Assembly (NCBI GenBank): GCA_002269645.1
Contig: NIVC01001376.1
Span: 186,001 to 250,000, forward strand
DNA length: 64,000 nt
Reading direction: 5' to 3'
Source: Macrostomum lignano
Taxonomy: Eukaryota
The notes beneath the pieces were generated by a model. It did no database searches, was not told the DNA's origin, and worked only from the letters and a program-made list of their open reading frames with translations. Below, piece after piece: positions 35,478 to 47,864 of the stretch (within the stretch, counting starts at the first letter, position 1; each line of letters starts with the position of its first letter). Position numbers and translations under genes: made by a program.

Positions 35478-36479
35478 TTATGAGAGCACGTATTTTACGA
35501 GTAAATGCTGTCACAAAATGATTCTAAAACTGACATTCTTTCAACACCTTTGTTGCCAACTATTTTTCGTTCTAATATTGTGTTTTAATATCAGTTCCAT
35601 TTAACTTCGCTAAATAAATTCAAATTTCATTAGATTTAAGTTTCTTATTCGATTTCATTCATAGACTCAAACTAATTTTCTAAAAAACTGCAAAAAATTC
35701 ACAAAAGGCAAACTTCGTAAGCAAGTAGCAGCAAGGTTGTTTAAATTTATAATGGAAGAGACAATTGCTTAAAAAAATCAGATAGCTCTGAAACTTATTT
35801 GGAAATAAATTCAATTTTGAAACAACCAGAAAGCTAGCCTGCTGCCAGAGAAAAATATATCAGTAAAAGCCATGCATACTACTGTTAGTAGAGTAAACCA
35901 ATTCTTGCCTTAATTTATTGGGCAGTCCACCGGGCGCCGGGTATAAGGCCGGCGCCCCGACTGGACAAAGAGTGCGCCCCGCTACCGGCCACAGGCCACC
36001 GGGCGCCGCGGTCTGCGCACCCTTGGGCGTACCAGAATTTCCCACTGGGTCAGTAACAAACTGCCTGGCGTCCCCCCTAAAATTTTTTGAATATGCCACT
36101 TAAAGCTATAGTATAGTATTCCATTTAAGATGTATAGCATATTAAAAATGCACAGCCATTATGTATAGCCTATAGCAAAGAATTTCAGGACATATAAGTA
36201 ATTTAAGTAAATGTGTTGTTTTTGTTTCTATTCTATTTATTCATGGCAGCATGGTAGAGAGTGGATTTGGATTTGGATTTGGTGAAATCCAAAAAGAGGG
36301 GGGCAAGTTTTTTGAAACCTTGTTTTTTTGGCAATTTCAAAGCAATAAAACTATAAAATAAATTTATTTTTGTTTTAAAGTTAAAAACATCTGAAAAAAC
36401 GCAAATAATTGATATAGTATAGTTTTGAGGTAAGGTAGCACGCTTTAGCAGGCAGAGAAATACAAAAGTTAAAATCAAC

Positions 36480-36904
36480 ATAGATTATAATAAATTCTTT
36501 CTTCTGACGCGTTTTGGTCCAACAATGACCATCTTCAGGGTCTGGTTTATTTTTAACTCACACAACGACTTTATAAGTGAACAAATGTTAACTGTACAGT
36601 CCAAAGGGCATATCGCATGTCATAGGCAAAATTTTCCAAAAATGTTAAGCATAGATTGCAAGTACATTGTTCAGACTAGTGCCTTTACTTAGAATACCTT
36701 GAGCAAATGGCCTGCACCACTATGGGAGAGCTGAATATTCAGATTAGGTTTTTGGTCTTTAATGTACATGGATTCAAGTATGTTGAGCCTAAAATCAGTT
36801 CTACACCGATCAATAATTTTAAACTGCTGAGTTTGCTCAATTTCGCAACAACTGTTGCAACAGAGCAGGTGGTCTTGGATAGCCGACCTTGGGTATAATG
36901 ACAT
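36480..36904 (-). mobile_element. 3' fragment of a Penelope-like element (GIY-YIG C-terminus plus 3' UTR)
   Basis: SAIQDHL...FKIIDRC...LNILESMYIKDQKPNLNIQ, typical of PLE endonuclease tails; 5' end abuts (ATTCT)n. Confidence 0.82.
36500..36545 (-). ncRNA. Degenerate minimal type-I hammerhead ribozyme motif in the PLE 3' UTR
   Basis: Minus strand CTGAAGA-TGGTC-ATTGTTG-GACC-AAAA-CGCGTC. GAAA is mutated to AAAA and stem I is weak. Confidence 0.6.
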
Positions 36905-37217
36905 AGGTCAGCTATTCTATATAATATTCTATAAAATATTATAGAATAGAATATTCTATTCTATAATATTCTATTCTAGTCTATTTTATTCTATTCTATT
37001 CTATTCTATTCCTCTGCCACCAAAGAGCTGCAGCTTCTGTGGGGCTCCGCTTTGGGGCCTCTGCAGCCCGGTGGCCTCCTGCTGCCCACCACTGGCTTGG
37101 CGCTGCTGGGTGAGTCCGGGGAGAGAGGGTGGATCTCAGAGGGCCGGTAAGAATCTTGCCCAAAATCTCATTGCATATAAGAATCTCATCTTAGACAGTG
37201 CAGTACTTGGTGAAGGT

Positions 37218-38328
37218 GGTTTAAAACTGTTGCTTTCGGGTATTCCCTCCCTCAAGCACTGCAGAGGAAAACTAGCAAATATATCTGATTCGCAATCCAC
37301 TCTGCAAGATCTCTTTCAACCTGAGTTCTTTTGTTAAGAATTGCTGCGATAACTCCAGTGCCAATGGATCAGTGTGGCGAGATCAAGCGCCACCCAAAGA
37401 CAGCACTCCAAGACAGCGTCACCCAAAGACAGCACCCCCAGATACAGCGCCCCCATGGAAGGGCAGTGTGTTCTCGCGCAGTGTGTTTGTTGCATAGATT
37501 AATTTTCTATAGCACATTTCCTCTGGTGACCAGTCTAGTAATGTGTATTGATGGTCGCAAAGTCATTCGCTATGCGCATAAAACACGATTCTACCTTTCA
37601 TATCCTTTTTGCACTACTAGTAGTGCGGCTCAAGCACGCGAGGTAAAATAATTTCTAAGCAGCCAAAAATAACAGTCTCAAGAGAAAAAAGAATAAATAA
37701 TTCTTCTTAGACAGGCGCCGCGGAATGAGTTTTTCCGGGTGGGGCAGGACCAAGTTTCCGAAACTCAAGCCCAGACCCTGTCTTGGACAGTGACCAAAAA
37801 TTGGAGCAAAATTATGCCGTTGAACGGTATTCGAAGGGGGGGGGGCAATGCCCCTCCAACTCAATGTCAGGGGGGCAGCTGCTGCCCCCCCCCCCCCTTG
37901 TCCCCCTGTTTTGCGGCGCCTGCGTTGTTTGCAGTTTGCAGTGACAGGCACCGAAGCTTGCACAAGACTCCTGTGCCATACAGAGAATCCCTGAGAGCCG
38001 GGAATGCCCGACCAATGGGATGCCGGGACTTGCTCTGCGCTCATTGGCCCGCGCCACTCTCCGCCGGAACTCTCCCCCCCATTTATCCCCTTGTTTTATC
38101 CGCCTCTGAGCACCAGAAGGCTGCATATCTTGCCTGGTTTAAAACTGTTGCTTTCGGGTATTCCCTCCCTCAAGCACTGCAGAGGAAAAGTAGCAAATAT
38201 ATATGATTCGCGATCCACTCTGCAAGATCTCTTTCAACCTGAGTTCTTTTGTTAAGAATTGCTGCGATAACTCCAGTGCCAATGGATCAGTGTGGCGAGA
38301 TCAAGCGCCACCCAAAGACAGCACTCCA
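37218..38328. repeat. ~190-bp direct repeat pair (37218-37410 and 38136-38328)
   Basis: GGTTTAAAACTGTTGC...CCCAAAGACAGCACTCC, near-identical in both copies. Confidence 0.9.
37712..37922. mobile_element. MITE-like element with 10-bp TIRs
   Basis: CAGGCGCCGC ... GCGGCGCCTG; no TSD detected. Confidence 0.55.
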
Positions 38329-38632
38329 TTTTAGCACCGCAGGCACTCATTTTAGCGCCGCAGGCACTCATTTTAGCGCCGCAGGCACTCAATTTAGCGC
38401 CGCAGACACTCATTTTAGCGCCGCAGTCACTCATTTTAGCACCGCAGACACTCATTTTAGCGCCGCAGACACTCATTTTAGCGCCGCAGGCACTCATTTT
38501 AGCGCCGCAGTCACTCATTTTAGCACCGCAGGCACTCATTTTAGCGCCGCAGGCACTCATTTTAGCACCACAGGCACTCATTTTAGCGCCGCAGGCACTC
38601 CTTTTAGCTCCACAGGCACTCATTTTAGCACT
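38328..38632. repeat. 21-bp tandem repeat (CATTTTAGCGCCGCAGGCACT), about 14 copies
   Basis: Read directly. Confidence 0.95.
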
Positions 38633-39624
38633 AAAAGTAAGCACTGGTATTTGGGCCTTAGAAAAGAATACCGACAGGCAACTCATTTTTATTATATAAG
38701 ATACAGACAACTCATTTTTAGGATATATAGGATGCCCGGCGCTTCAGCTTGGCCGGCTCTTACGCCACTATGTATTATTATATTTCAAATATTTTTACAG
38801 TATTGGTTACAGTTTGTATATAATGGTGTGCGAGTAATAAAGCAGTGCATCAATATAAATAAATCGAAGTACAGTATAAAATAAATCAAATAAAAGTAGA
38901 AAATTGATATTTGAAAACTGATATGTATTGAATTGTAAAATAGGATTTGACATTATGGAATTAAAAGATATTAGTTATCTCAGTTATTAGGCAATAAAAT
39001 ATTGATTACTATTGTGATGGATTTAAGTAGTAAAAAATAGTTTACAGGTATTGTCATGGATACAGAGTAATAAGTGACTGTGGATATCAGTTAATTGCTC
39101 ATTAATTGGTAACGTATGTAAACAGTCAACATTCGGTGTAAATTTATAGCGTAGCATGACTAGAGAGCTTTATGGTAGCTATAGCGAAGATATTAAAATT
39201 GTCAATGTTAGTCAGTTAATTCTGTTTTCACTGAAATAAAGTTACTAAACCAATAATTAAACTGGTTTTAAATAAGCATTCATATGCTTCTCACTTTCAA
39301 CTCGTTTTGCTATGGTGACAAAAGTATCCAGGTATCCAGGTGCAGATTTTGTGGTGCCCCTATGGCATCGCAGCGGCCAGGCCATAGGCGTTGAATATCC
39401 TGGGCCCCAGGTCCGGCTAGATTAAAAAGCCGGCAGCCCAGAGCTCCGGCAACGGCAGAGCGTGCTCGAAGCCCTCGTAGCGATCGGGCAGAATCTGAAT
39501 GAGAGTGCAAAATGTTTTTAACTGGTTAGTTTTGTCTTCGTTACATATTGCTGAAGATTCTGGAGGGTAAAGACCCAGGGTGGATTCTGGAGGGTATTTG
39601 CTTAAGACGAACGAAACAATTGTG

Positions 39625-40067
39625 GATGGAATGTACTTATCTGTTGTAGTAGGATGCAATAACTCGTAGGATGGTAGGATGCAGTGCCGCCAAGTATCAG
39701 AACGTAGCCGAGTGGCCAAACCAAGGCTGCTGGGGTGCTGGAATTGAACTTAATTGGTTGCATTGAACAGCAGTCCTAAGTAATATTTTTTAATGTAAAT
39801 CGGAACAGTGTGCAATGCTTTTTTACTGATTACAACCTGCCAAGCTTATACTATAGTATGATCAATAAATAAGGAAGAAATTAAAGGCCAAGATTTTCAA
39901 TTCAAAAAGTGGGCTGGGCAGAACCCTCGGGGCAAACCATTTTATTTTATCTTGTCTTTACTTTATCTTACATTTTACATACATACATAACACAACAAAC
40001 CATTTCGCCCCGAGGGTTCATATCTGATTGTAGGGAAAGTTCTCGGAATTGTCTGTCTGTCTGTCCT

Positions 40068-40133
<66 letters not shown>

Positions 40134-40185
40134 CTGTCTGTCTGTCTGTCTTAGTGTCTGTCTGTCTGTCTGTCTGTCTGTCTTA

Positions 40186-40229
<44 letters not shown>

Positions 40230-41880
40230 ATGTCTGTCATTCTGTATGTCTGTCTGTCTCTCGGCCTGTCTGTCTGTCTAAAAATGTCTCCGTTTAAAAC
40301 TGTTAAAAAATTCCGAAAACTTTCCCCACAATCATATAGCCCAGCCCACCCAGCGCAATGCGCAATTTGACAAATGCGCAAATCACGAAATCAGTCCGTC
40401 AGCCGAAATCAGTCCGTCAGCCGCAGGCCGCTGCTGCGGAGGCGCCGAATTCGGCGCCGAGGCAGCGGCGGCGGTGGTGGACGCGGCGGCGGCGGTGGTG
40501 GCGGCGGCGGCGGTGGTGGCGGTGGCGCTTGATCCATCTGGAAAAGAAACCAGAGTTGAGTGAAAAAAACCATTTTTCGCACCATCTTGAAACCATAATG
40601 ATGAATTGCGTCACTTAAAACATGATGCTAGTGTATGTCTAGAAACCATAGTGCACATGTCCTCCTCATTCTACTTTTAGTAGCCTACTCTTCCTAGTTG
40701 TCTCGCAGGTCACTCAGATACTCAGGGTGAACCTCCTGGATTTAAAGGTCTGTGTTCAGTATATTGCTTGTGTATAGGAAAAATTTGTGTGCTTTGGGAG
40801 CACTAGAAACGGTGGGAAAGAGAAAAGTGGATGGCTATGTAATCCTACTAAATTAGTTACGCCATGAAGATTTTAACATTAAGATTCGCATAAGGTTTTT
40901 TAATGTTTTAATTTTAATTTTTTAAATCTAAATGGCCTCCTAAAAGAAACCAGATTTCCTTGGTTGTTACACTGCCGCAGACTGTGATGGAGCTGGAGAT
41001 ACACAAATTCATCTTAGGGCTGCTGATTGATTAGTTTCAATATTTAAGTTTTAATTTCAAGTTGAAATAGGAAGTTTCAACTCTGTAACATAGCAAATGT
41101 ACAGTGTTTTAGAATAACTTTTTAATAGCCTTCTGTGTACCCCCGCGCGTGGAAAGGCTACGTTTAGCCATGACAGTTTAGTGAGAAATTCTAACCACTG
41201 TCCTCTGTATTGGCAAACTCTGATCTGCAGCAGTTTAACAGTGGATGGCAAATCGAGGGAATTCAGCATGGTTTGTAAAAGCGAAAGATTTATGAAAAGG
41301 CGATGCAATGCAATACAACCCTACTAAATTATTCACACCATGGAAATTTTAGGTTTCTCTTAAAAGTACTTTGAATTTTAAATTTCCTCCTAAGAAATGC
41401 GTATTTCCTTTGTTGTTAAACTGCTGCAGACTGCAGTGGAGATGAAAATACACAAATTCCTTTCAGGACTGCAAATTGGCAAGAAAGAAGACATGATCAA
41501 AGCATGAGAACAGCCATGAGAGTACTAAGAGAGGAAAGAAGACGGGAGAGAGAGCAGAGGAGAGACAACGGGAGAGAAGTGGAGTAAGACAGACACTAAG
41601 AAAGACATTGGGACAGACACTAAGATAGACACTAGGATAGATAACGGATATGACAGAAATAACTATATATAGCTTATTACTAAATATATATATATATATA
41701 TATAGCTTATTATGAACTGTAAATATCCACCTATAATAAATGTCTAAGTCTGTTATAACTAAATGCGCATAACTTAAAACTCACTATATATGCTTATAAC
41801 TAAGCAAATATTGGTTATTATGAAGCGTATTATCAAAGTAAGACTCTAGGAAGTCGAACAATTTTAAAGTTCAAAATGCC
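39625..41880. mobile_element. Dispersed repeat, copy 1, with a three-way fold-back core (39909-40349)
   Basis: Colinear homology to 58697-60550 in several blocks (GATGGAATGT...; TGGGCTGGGCAGAACCCTCGGG; TCCATCTGGAAAAGAAA...; AACTAAATGC...GTTCAAAAT). Confidence 0.75.
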
Positions 41881-43244
41881 ATCCACAATTTGTGCAAGCG
41901 AAAATCACAATCAAAAAAACGTGGCGCCAAGTCTTATGACGCTCGTTGAAAGAATAATCTAATATATTCCATTGAAAAAACTTGATATCGTGCGCTTGCA
42001 GCAAAACTGAATTTTACTAAGAATTATTCAAACAGTGGCATTTTCGCTTTAAAATTATTCGATTCCTTGAACTTACCTGTATTTAAAGACAAATTAAAAA
42101 TAACCAAGTATAGCCGTTAGGCTTGCGCTCAAATATTTATACTCTATGCAGGCCTATGCTTAAAATGAGACAAGGATAGAATTTTCTTTCCAGCTCTTTA
42201 TATAAGCTCCTTGATACTGGTGAATAAAGCCACAAATTAACTTACACCGTGGGTGGTGGCCGTCGTTGAATCAAAAAGCGAAAGGCTCATTAATCAAAGG
42301 GAGGGGTTGGCTTGCCTAACTCACCGTGGGAGAATTCTCATTGGCCCGCGTGCTCAGTTTTGGGGTGGGTGTAGAACGGTGGCCCTCTCTCAATGTACGA
42401 TAACTCCTAGTAGGCTGCTTGCAAGTCAGCGTTCAAACTTTTATGGGAAAACTATTCGACTATATATAATATACTAGAATTTAGAATTAGAATTTATAAT
42501 GTATATTAGTACATATAGAATATATACGAGCGTATGGTCAGACACACAAGACAGACAAATCTGCTGGCTCATCAGTTCAAGTGCTTGGAAAGTCAGTTTG
42601 TCATTGTGGGGGGACAGAATACTCTCAAGTCGCAATCAGATAGCTCGTAGTAGGACAGTAGTTGAATTCCTTACTGTACTGTCATGGCTTAACGTTACCA
42701 GAGAAGGCTATAAAAAGTTATTCCAACTTTCCCTCACAGTTATCCCTATCACCTGATCCTTGTCTGGGGAAATGAGTGAGTGCAGTAGCACAAACAACAA
42801 AAAGCAGACAAACTTCACATGCCTACAGTTTCTGTTCTAACTGAAGTACAAAGTTGAGACTTTTTATTTAGACAGAGAATGAGTCAATAAAGAATTGTAT
42901 AAAGTTTGAAGTCAATCGCTGTATACATGGAGCAAACTTGTGTCAGCTGAAAGTTAGTTAATTTTAAACCCCTTTCACACATCTGTCTAGTGGCTAAGAA
43001 GGAGAGAGACGGAGGTTGGGGTGGCTGTCTCGCTGACGAAAAGCAGACTAAAAGTACACAGTGCCGTTCAGAATTAACTTCGAGTCTCGAAACTTTATAC
43101 GATTGTGTCAAAATAGTTGTTCAAATAGTTGTGTCAAAAAGTACAAAGTTTAGACTTTATATTTAGACAAATAATGAGTCATTGAAGAATTGTATAAAGT
43201 TTGAAGTCAATGGCTGTATACGTGGAGCAAACTTGAATTGAATT

Positions 43245-44135
43245 GAATTGAATCTGGAATCTGAGATCTGGAATCTGTGATCTGGAATCTGGGATCTAAG
43301 ATCTAAAATCTGAGATTTAAGATCTGAGATCTGGGATCTAGAATCTGAGATTTAAGATCTGAGATCTGGGATCTAGAATCTGAGATCAGGGATCTGAAAT
43401 CTGAGATCTGGGATCTGGAATCTGAAATTTAAGATCTGAGATCTGGGATCTGGAATCTGAGATCTGGGATCTGGAATCTGAGATTTAAGATCTAAGATCT
43501 GGGATCTGGAATTTGAGATCTGGAACCTGAAATCTGGAATCTGAGATCTGGATCTGGAACCTGAAAACTGGAATCTGTGATCTGGAATCTGAGATCTAAG
43601 ATCTGAGATCTAAAATCTGAGATTTAAGATCTGAGATCTGGAATCTGGAATCTGAGATCTGAAATCTGGGATCTGAGATTTAAGATCTGAGATCTGGGAT
43701 CTGGAATCTGAGATCTGGAACCTTGAATCTGGAATCTGTGATCTAGAATCTGAGATCTAAGATCTGAGATTTAAGATCTGATCATCTGAGATCTGGGATC
43801 TGGAATCTGAGATCTGGCTTCTGGGATCTGAGATCTAAAATCTGAGATTTAAGATCTGAAATCTGGGATCTAGAATCTGAGATTTAAAATCTGAGATCTG
43901 GGATCTGGAATCTGAGATTTAAGATCTGAGATCTGGGATCTGGAATCTGAGATCTGGGAACTGGAATCTGAAATTAAGGATCTGAGATCTGGGATCTGGA
44001 ATCTGAGATCTGGGATCTGGAATCTGAGGTTTAAGATCTGAGATCTGGGAAATGGAATTTGAGATCTGGAACCTGAAATCTGGAATCTGAGATCTGGGAT
44101 CTGGAACCTGAAATCTGGAATCTGAGATCTAGATA
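43245..44135. repeat. GAATCT/GAGATCT/GGGATCT short-unit satellite (also at 44900-45025 and 46577-46637)
   Basis: Read directly. Confidence 0.95.
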
Positions 44136-44199
44136 GCAAAGATATATATAGAAATGATTTAGGCAGCAAATGCACGTACTAATGTTTCTCTCTTGCGGA

Positions 44200-44271
44200 C
44201 GCGGGCCCAGCGGTGGCCCGCCCGCCGTCTGGCAGCCGCCTCCGCCGGTGCTGCCTCCGCCGGAGCTGCCT

Positions 44272-44304
<33 letters not shown>

Positions 44305-44470
44305 CCGGTGCTGCCTCCGCCGGCGCTGCCTCCGGAGCCGCCGGAGCCGCCGCCGGATCGCCGGCGCTGCCTCCGCCGGAGCCGCCGCCGGAGCTGCCTG
44401 CGGAGCTGCCTCCGGAGCTGCCTCCGCCGCCGCCGGAGCTGCCTCCGCCGCAGCCTCGACCTCCGCGGCC
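44200..44470. repeat. GC-rich GCCGCCGGAGC/GCTGCCTCC low-complexity tract
   Basis: Read directly; coding status unsupported. Confidence 0.75.
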
Positions 44471-45440
44471 CAGTCAACAGGGCCCCTTTTTGGGGTTCTC
44501 TTTCTATTTTTTTAGCCATTTCTGCAAATGATTACGGAAATTCTATTATATGAAATTCTAATCCTTTCGAAATTTTTATTTTTATATACTAAATATGGGA
44601 GAAATGGAAGAAGTGACAGATAGGGTGAATAGGGAAAAATGGGAGAGAAGTGACCTATCGGGTGAATAGGGAAAAGAAATGGGAGAAAAGTGAGAGCTGG
44701 GGTGCATTGGGAGATGGGAGAGAGATGATACACGATAGAGGAGGCAGTCAGTAGAAAGAAAGAGGAGACAGAGAAGAGAATAGGGAGTTGGAGTCGTGGG
44801 AGTTCTAATACACAGGTATTTTCATGAGAAAACAAGACATTAAGAATATATGCACAATATAGGTAATGACTGTTGTATTTTGTATATTTAAAAGTTTAGA
44901 ATCCCGGGATCTGGGATCTGAAATCTGAGACTGTGATCTGAGATCTGAAATCTGGGATCTGAGATCTGGGATCTGAGATCTGATATATGAAATCTGAGAT
45001 CTGAAATCTGGGAGATCTGGGATTTAACTAGCTATATACTAACTGTGATTGTTAGCCAACCGTATTTTTGTGAACAGGGTTGTTGCCTCTCCTGCACCAC
45101 GCAGAGGTCATCACAACGCAGGATGTATGCAAAGTGACAATAATTACCCCAGCAAAGTATACAGAATTGATTTGCAAAGTGGGCAAAGTCACAGCAGTGA
45201 ACCAGATCTTCTGCCACAACATTTTCTTGCAAAGAGACTGAGGATTGCTTTACTGAGTATAACATCAGTAAAGTTTAAAACAGACAGTTTTTTGGCTCTG
45301 AATTCGAATAAATGCATGCTTAACTATAGCGAAAAGCATCCGAGCGGCCAAATAAACTGATAGTAGTCGGATTGGCTCTCGTCTCTATAGCTGAATGAGA
45401 CATACCTGTTTGATTATTGTTAACACTTAAGACGCAGGCG

Positions 45441-47060
45441 TTAGTCAGTACAATAGCAGCTCCCTGCGGCTGCGCTTGCACTGTTGCACTGCTGTCTTCC
45501 ATGTGAAAAAAATTCTCGATAAGCACTGATTCCAGGTCCAAGCTCGTAGTTATCAAACTCATCAGGTTTGTCTGCCGGGATGTTCACTTCAGCACTCGTG
45601 GCTGGTGTTGCAGTAGCCGTGGCAGGTGTAGCAGTTGCAGCGGCCGTGGCAGGTGTAGCAGTTGCAGCGGCCGTGGCAGGTGTAGCAGTTGCAGCGGCCG
45701 TGGCAGGTGTAGCAGTTGCAGCGGCCGTGGCAGGTGTAGCGGCGCTCGAATGCCCTGCACTTTCAATAAGGTCAGAATGTTGGTAATTGACAAATACCAA
45801 ATCCGTATTTTCCAACTTTTCAACCAACTGAACACATTCCGCCCTGTTTAAATGATGGGGTGACTTGAAATCAAGAGAAAATCTTCCGCGTGCAAATCTG
45901 GTTTTGTTTCGCTTGTCACTCTCCATTTGCTTCCATGGAATCGGGCCTCTGTTTCCAGCTCTCTTGAAAGCAGTCGTAGCTTTCTCCTGGATTGACCGTC
46001 TCAGCTTCTTCACATCACGATAAACGAAATGATATCAGAAAGCTGTTTCACCGCTGCAGTTAATTCCTCTTGAACTCGGGAAGATACTCCATCAGATACG
46101 TAACATTCGGGCTTATCTGTTGGTATGGATGGAGGAATAACGACGCAGAAAGATTTTTGAGCTCGTTTCAAGTCGACCAGAATGCTGCTTTTAAAATCTC
46201 TCGGACGATCTTTAGCCCTCTGCCTAAGAGCGTTTTTCTCGTCCTGCGTAAGAGACTCGTATTCAGCCTTGAGGGCAGGTGTCCATTCTAAAAGTAATTG
46301 TGGAATGTATGGGATATACAGAAATCGTAGATTCAGATTCAGACGGACACACAGAGAGACAGACAGACGGACACTCTGACAGACAGACACTCTGACAGAC
46401 AGAAACTCTGACAGACAGACAGACAGACAGACAGAAAGACGGACAGACACTCTGACAGACACAGACAGACAGACAGACAGACACTCTGACAGACAGACAG
46501 ACAGACAGAAAAACAGACACACTCTGACAGACAGACAGACAGACAGACAGACAGAAATACAGACAGACAGACAGACCTGAAATCTGGAATCTGAGATCTG
46601 GGATCTGGAATCTGAGATCTAAGATCTGAGATCTAGATAACGAAGATATATATAGACAGATATATATAGACAGACAGAGAGACGGACAGACACTCTGACA
46701 GACAGACAGACAGACACCCTGACAGACAGACAGACAGAAAGACGGACAGAAACTCTGACAGACAGACAGACAGACAGACGGACACCCTGACAGACAGACA
46801 GACACTGACAGACAGACAGAAAGACGGACAGACACAGACAGACAGACAGACAGACAGACAGAAAGACGGACAGTCACTCTGACAGACAGACAGACAGAAA
46901 GACAGACACACTCTGACAGACATACAGACAGACAGACAGACACTGACAGACAGACAAAAAGACGGACAGACACTGACAGACAGACAGACAGACAGACAGA
47001 CAGAAAGACGGACATACACTCTGACAGACAGACAGACAGACAAAAAGACAGACACACTCT

Positions 47061-47120
<60 letters not shown>

Positions 47121-47377
47121 TATACAGACAGACACAGACAGACAGACAGACAGACAGACGGACAGACAGACAGTAAGACAGACATACAGACAGACAGACA
47201 CTAAGACAGACAGACAGACAGACGGACAGACACTCTGACAGACGGACAGACAGACAGAAAGACAGACATACAGACACGACACAGGGATAACTAGAAATAT
47301 TTGACCAGACTAAAAAAATATTACTCACTTGCACCTCCGTGCTCGCTCAAAAACTGTGTGGCTGCCGTGTGAACCAT
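45441..47377 (-). pseudogene. Uncharacterised gene, paralogue 1: exon 47377-47329, GACA-filled intron, exon 46287-45441; one frameshift near 46020
   Basis: Donor A|GTGAGT and acceptor TTTTAG|AATGG in phase 1. Encodes KWTPALKAEYESLTQDEKNALRQRAK...GPIPWKQ...PHHLNRAECVQL. Confidence 0.6.
46330..47285. repeat. (GACA)n array with CTCT variants and an embedded GATCT satellite patch
   Basis: Read directly. Confidence 0.95.
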
Positions 47378-47864
47378 ATCTGAGAGTAAAAGTTGTAGTG
47401 AATAATTTCTCTTACGACTGTGTAATAAACAACAACAGAAAAACTGTTTTGTTGAGCATGATTTCTACCCCTAGAATCCCTGTAATTATTTTTATTACGC
47501 TTAATTGTAGTTCACTTAAAACATACACACAAACAACGCGTCAGTTTTAGTTTTTGGAATCATAGAGTTCTAATTAGACTTTGGAATATTTAATGACTTA
47601 GATCATAGCGATTCAAACTAAGGCCCTCAATATAAAATCACTGAAATTTGCAGAATATGACAACGATCACTTAGCTAAGCTACTTAGTACTTTTTGTACT
47701 TTTTTGTCTTGATCGCCTGTCTGTCTTAAAATTGCCCAGCGATTAAAATTCGCTGGAGCTGGAGTGGCGACACTGCACCCGATTTAAAATTCAAATCAAT
47801 TACGCTTCTTTATTCTAGAAATTCCATTTCTTCCAAAGTCTCTAAAAGTCTCTTGATCTTCGAC

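Larger units (their letters stand above)
26197..36049. mobile_element. Animal EnSpm/CACTA-like (CMC superfamily) DNA transposon, ~9.85 kb, with nested insertions
   Basis: Termini CCCAGTGG (26197) and CCACTGGG (36049), both flanked by TC (candidate 2-bp TSD). Both ends carry GGGCGTACC and GGCCGGCGCCCCG subterminal motifs. Encloses a CMC transposase and a divergent accessory gene. Confidence 0.62.

Noticed and set aside
37331-37400. LLRIAAITPV resembling the hAT dimerisation motif
   Set aside because: Lacks the ER.FS core and any other hAT motif.
44031-44553. Gly/Ser- or Pro-rich ORFs
   Set aside because: All frames are open because of GC-rich repeats; no supported start or exon partner.
45032-45265. 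Cys/His-rich stretch resembling a PHD finger
   Set aside because: Ligand spacing does not fit C4HC3 and there is no supporting context.
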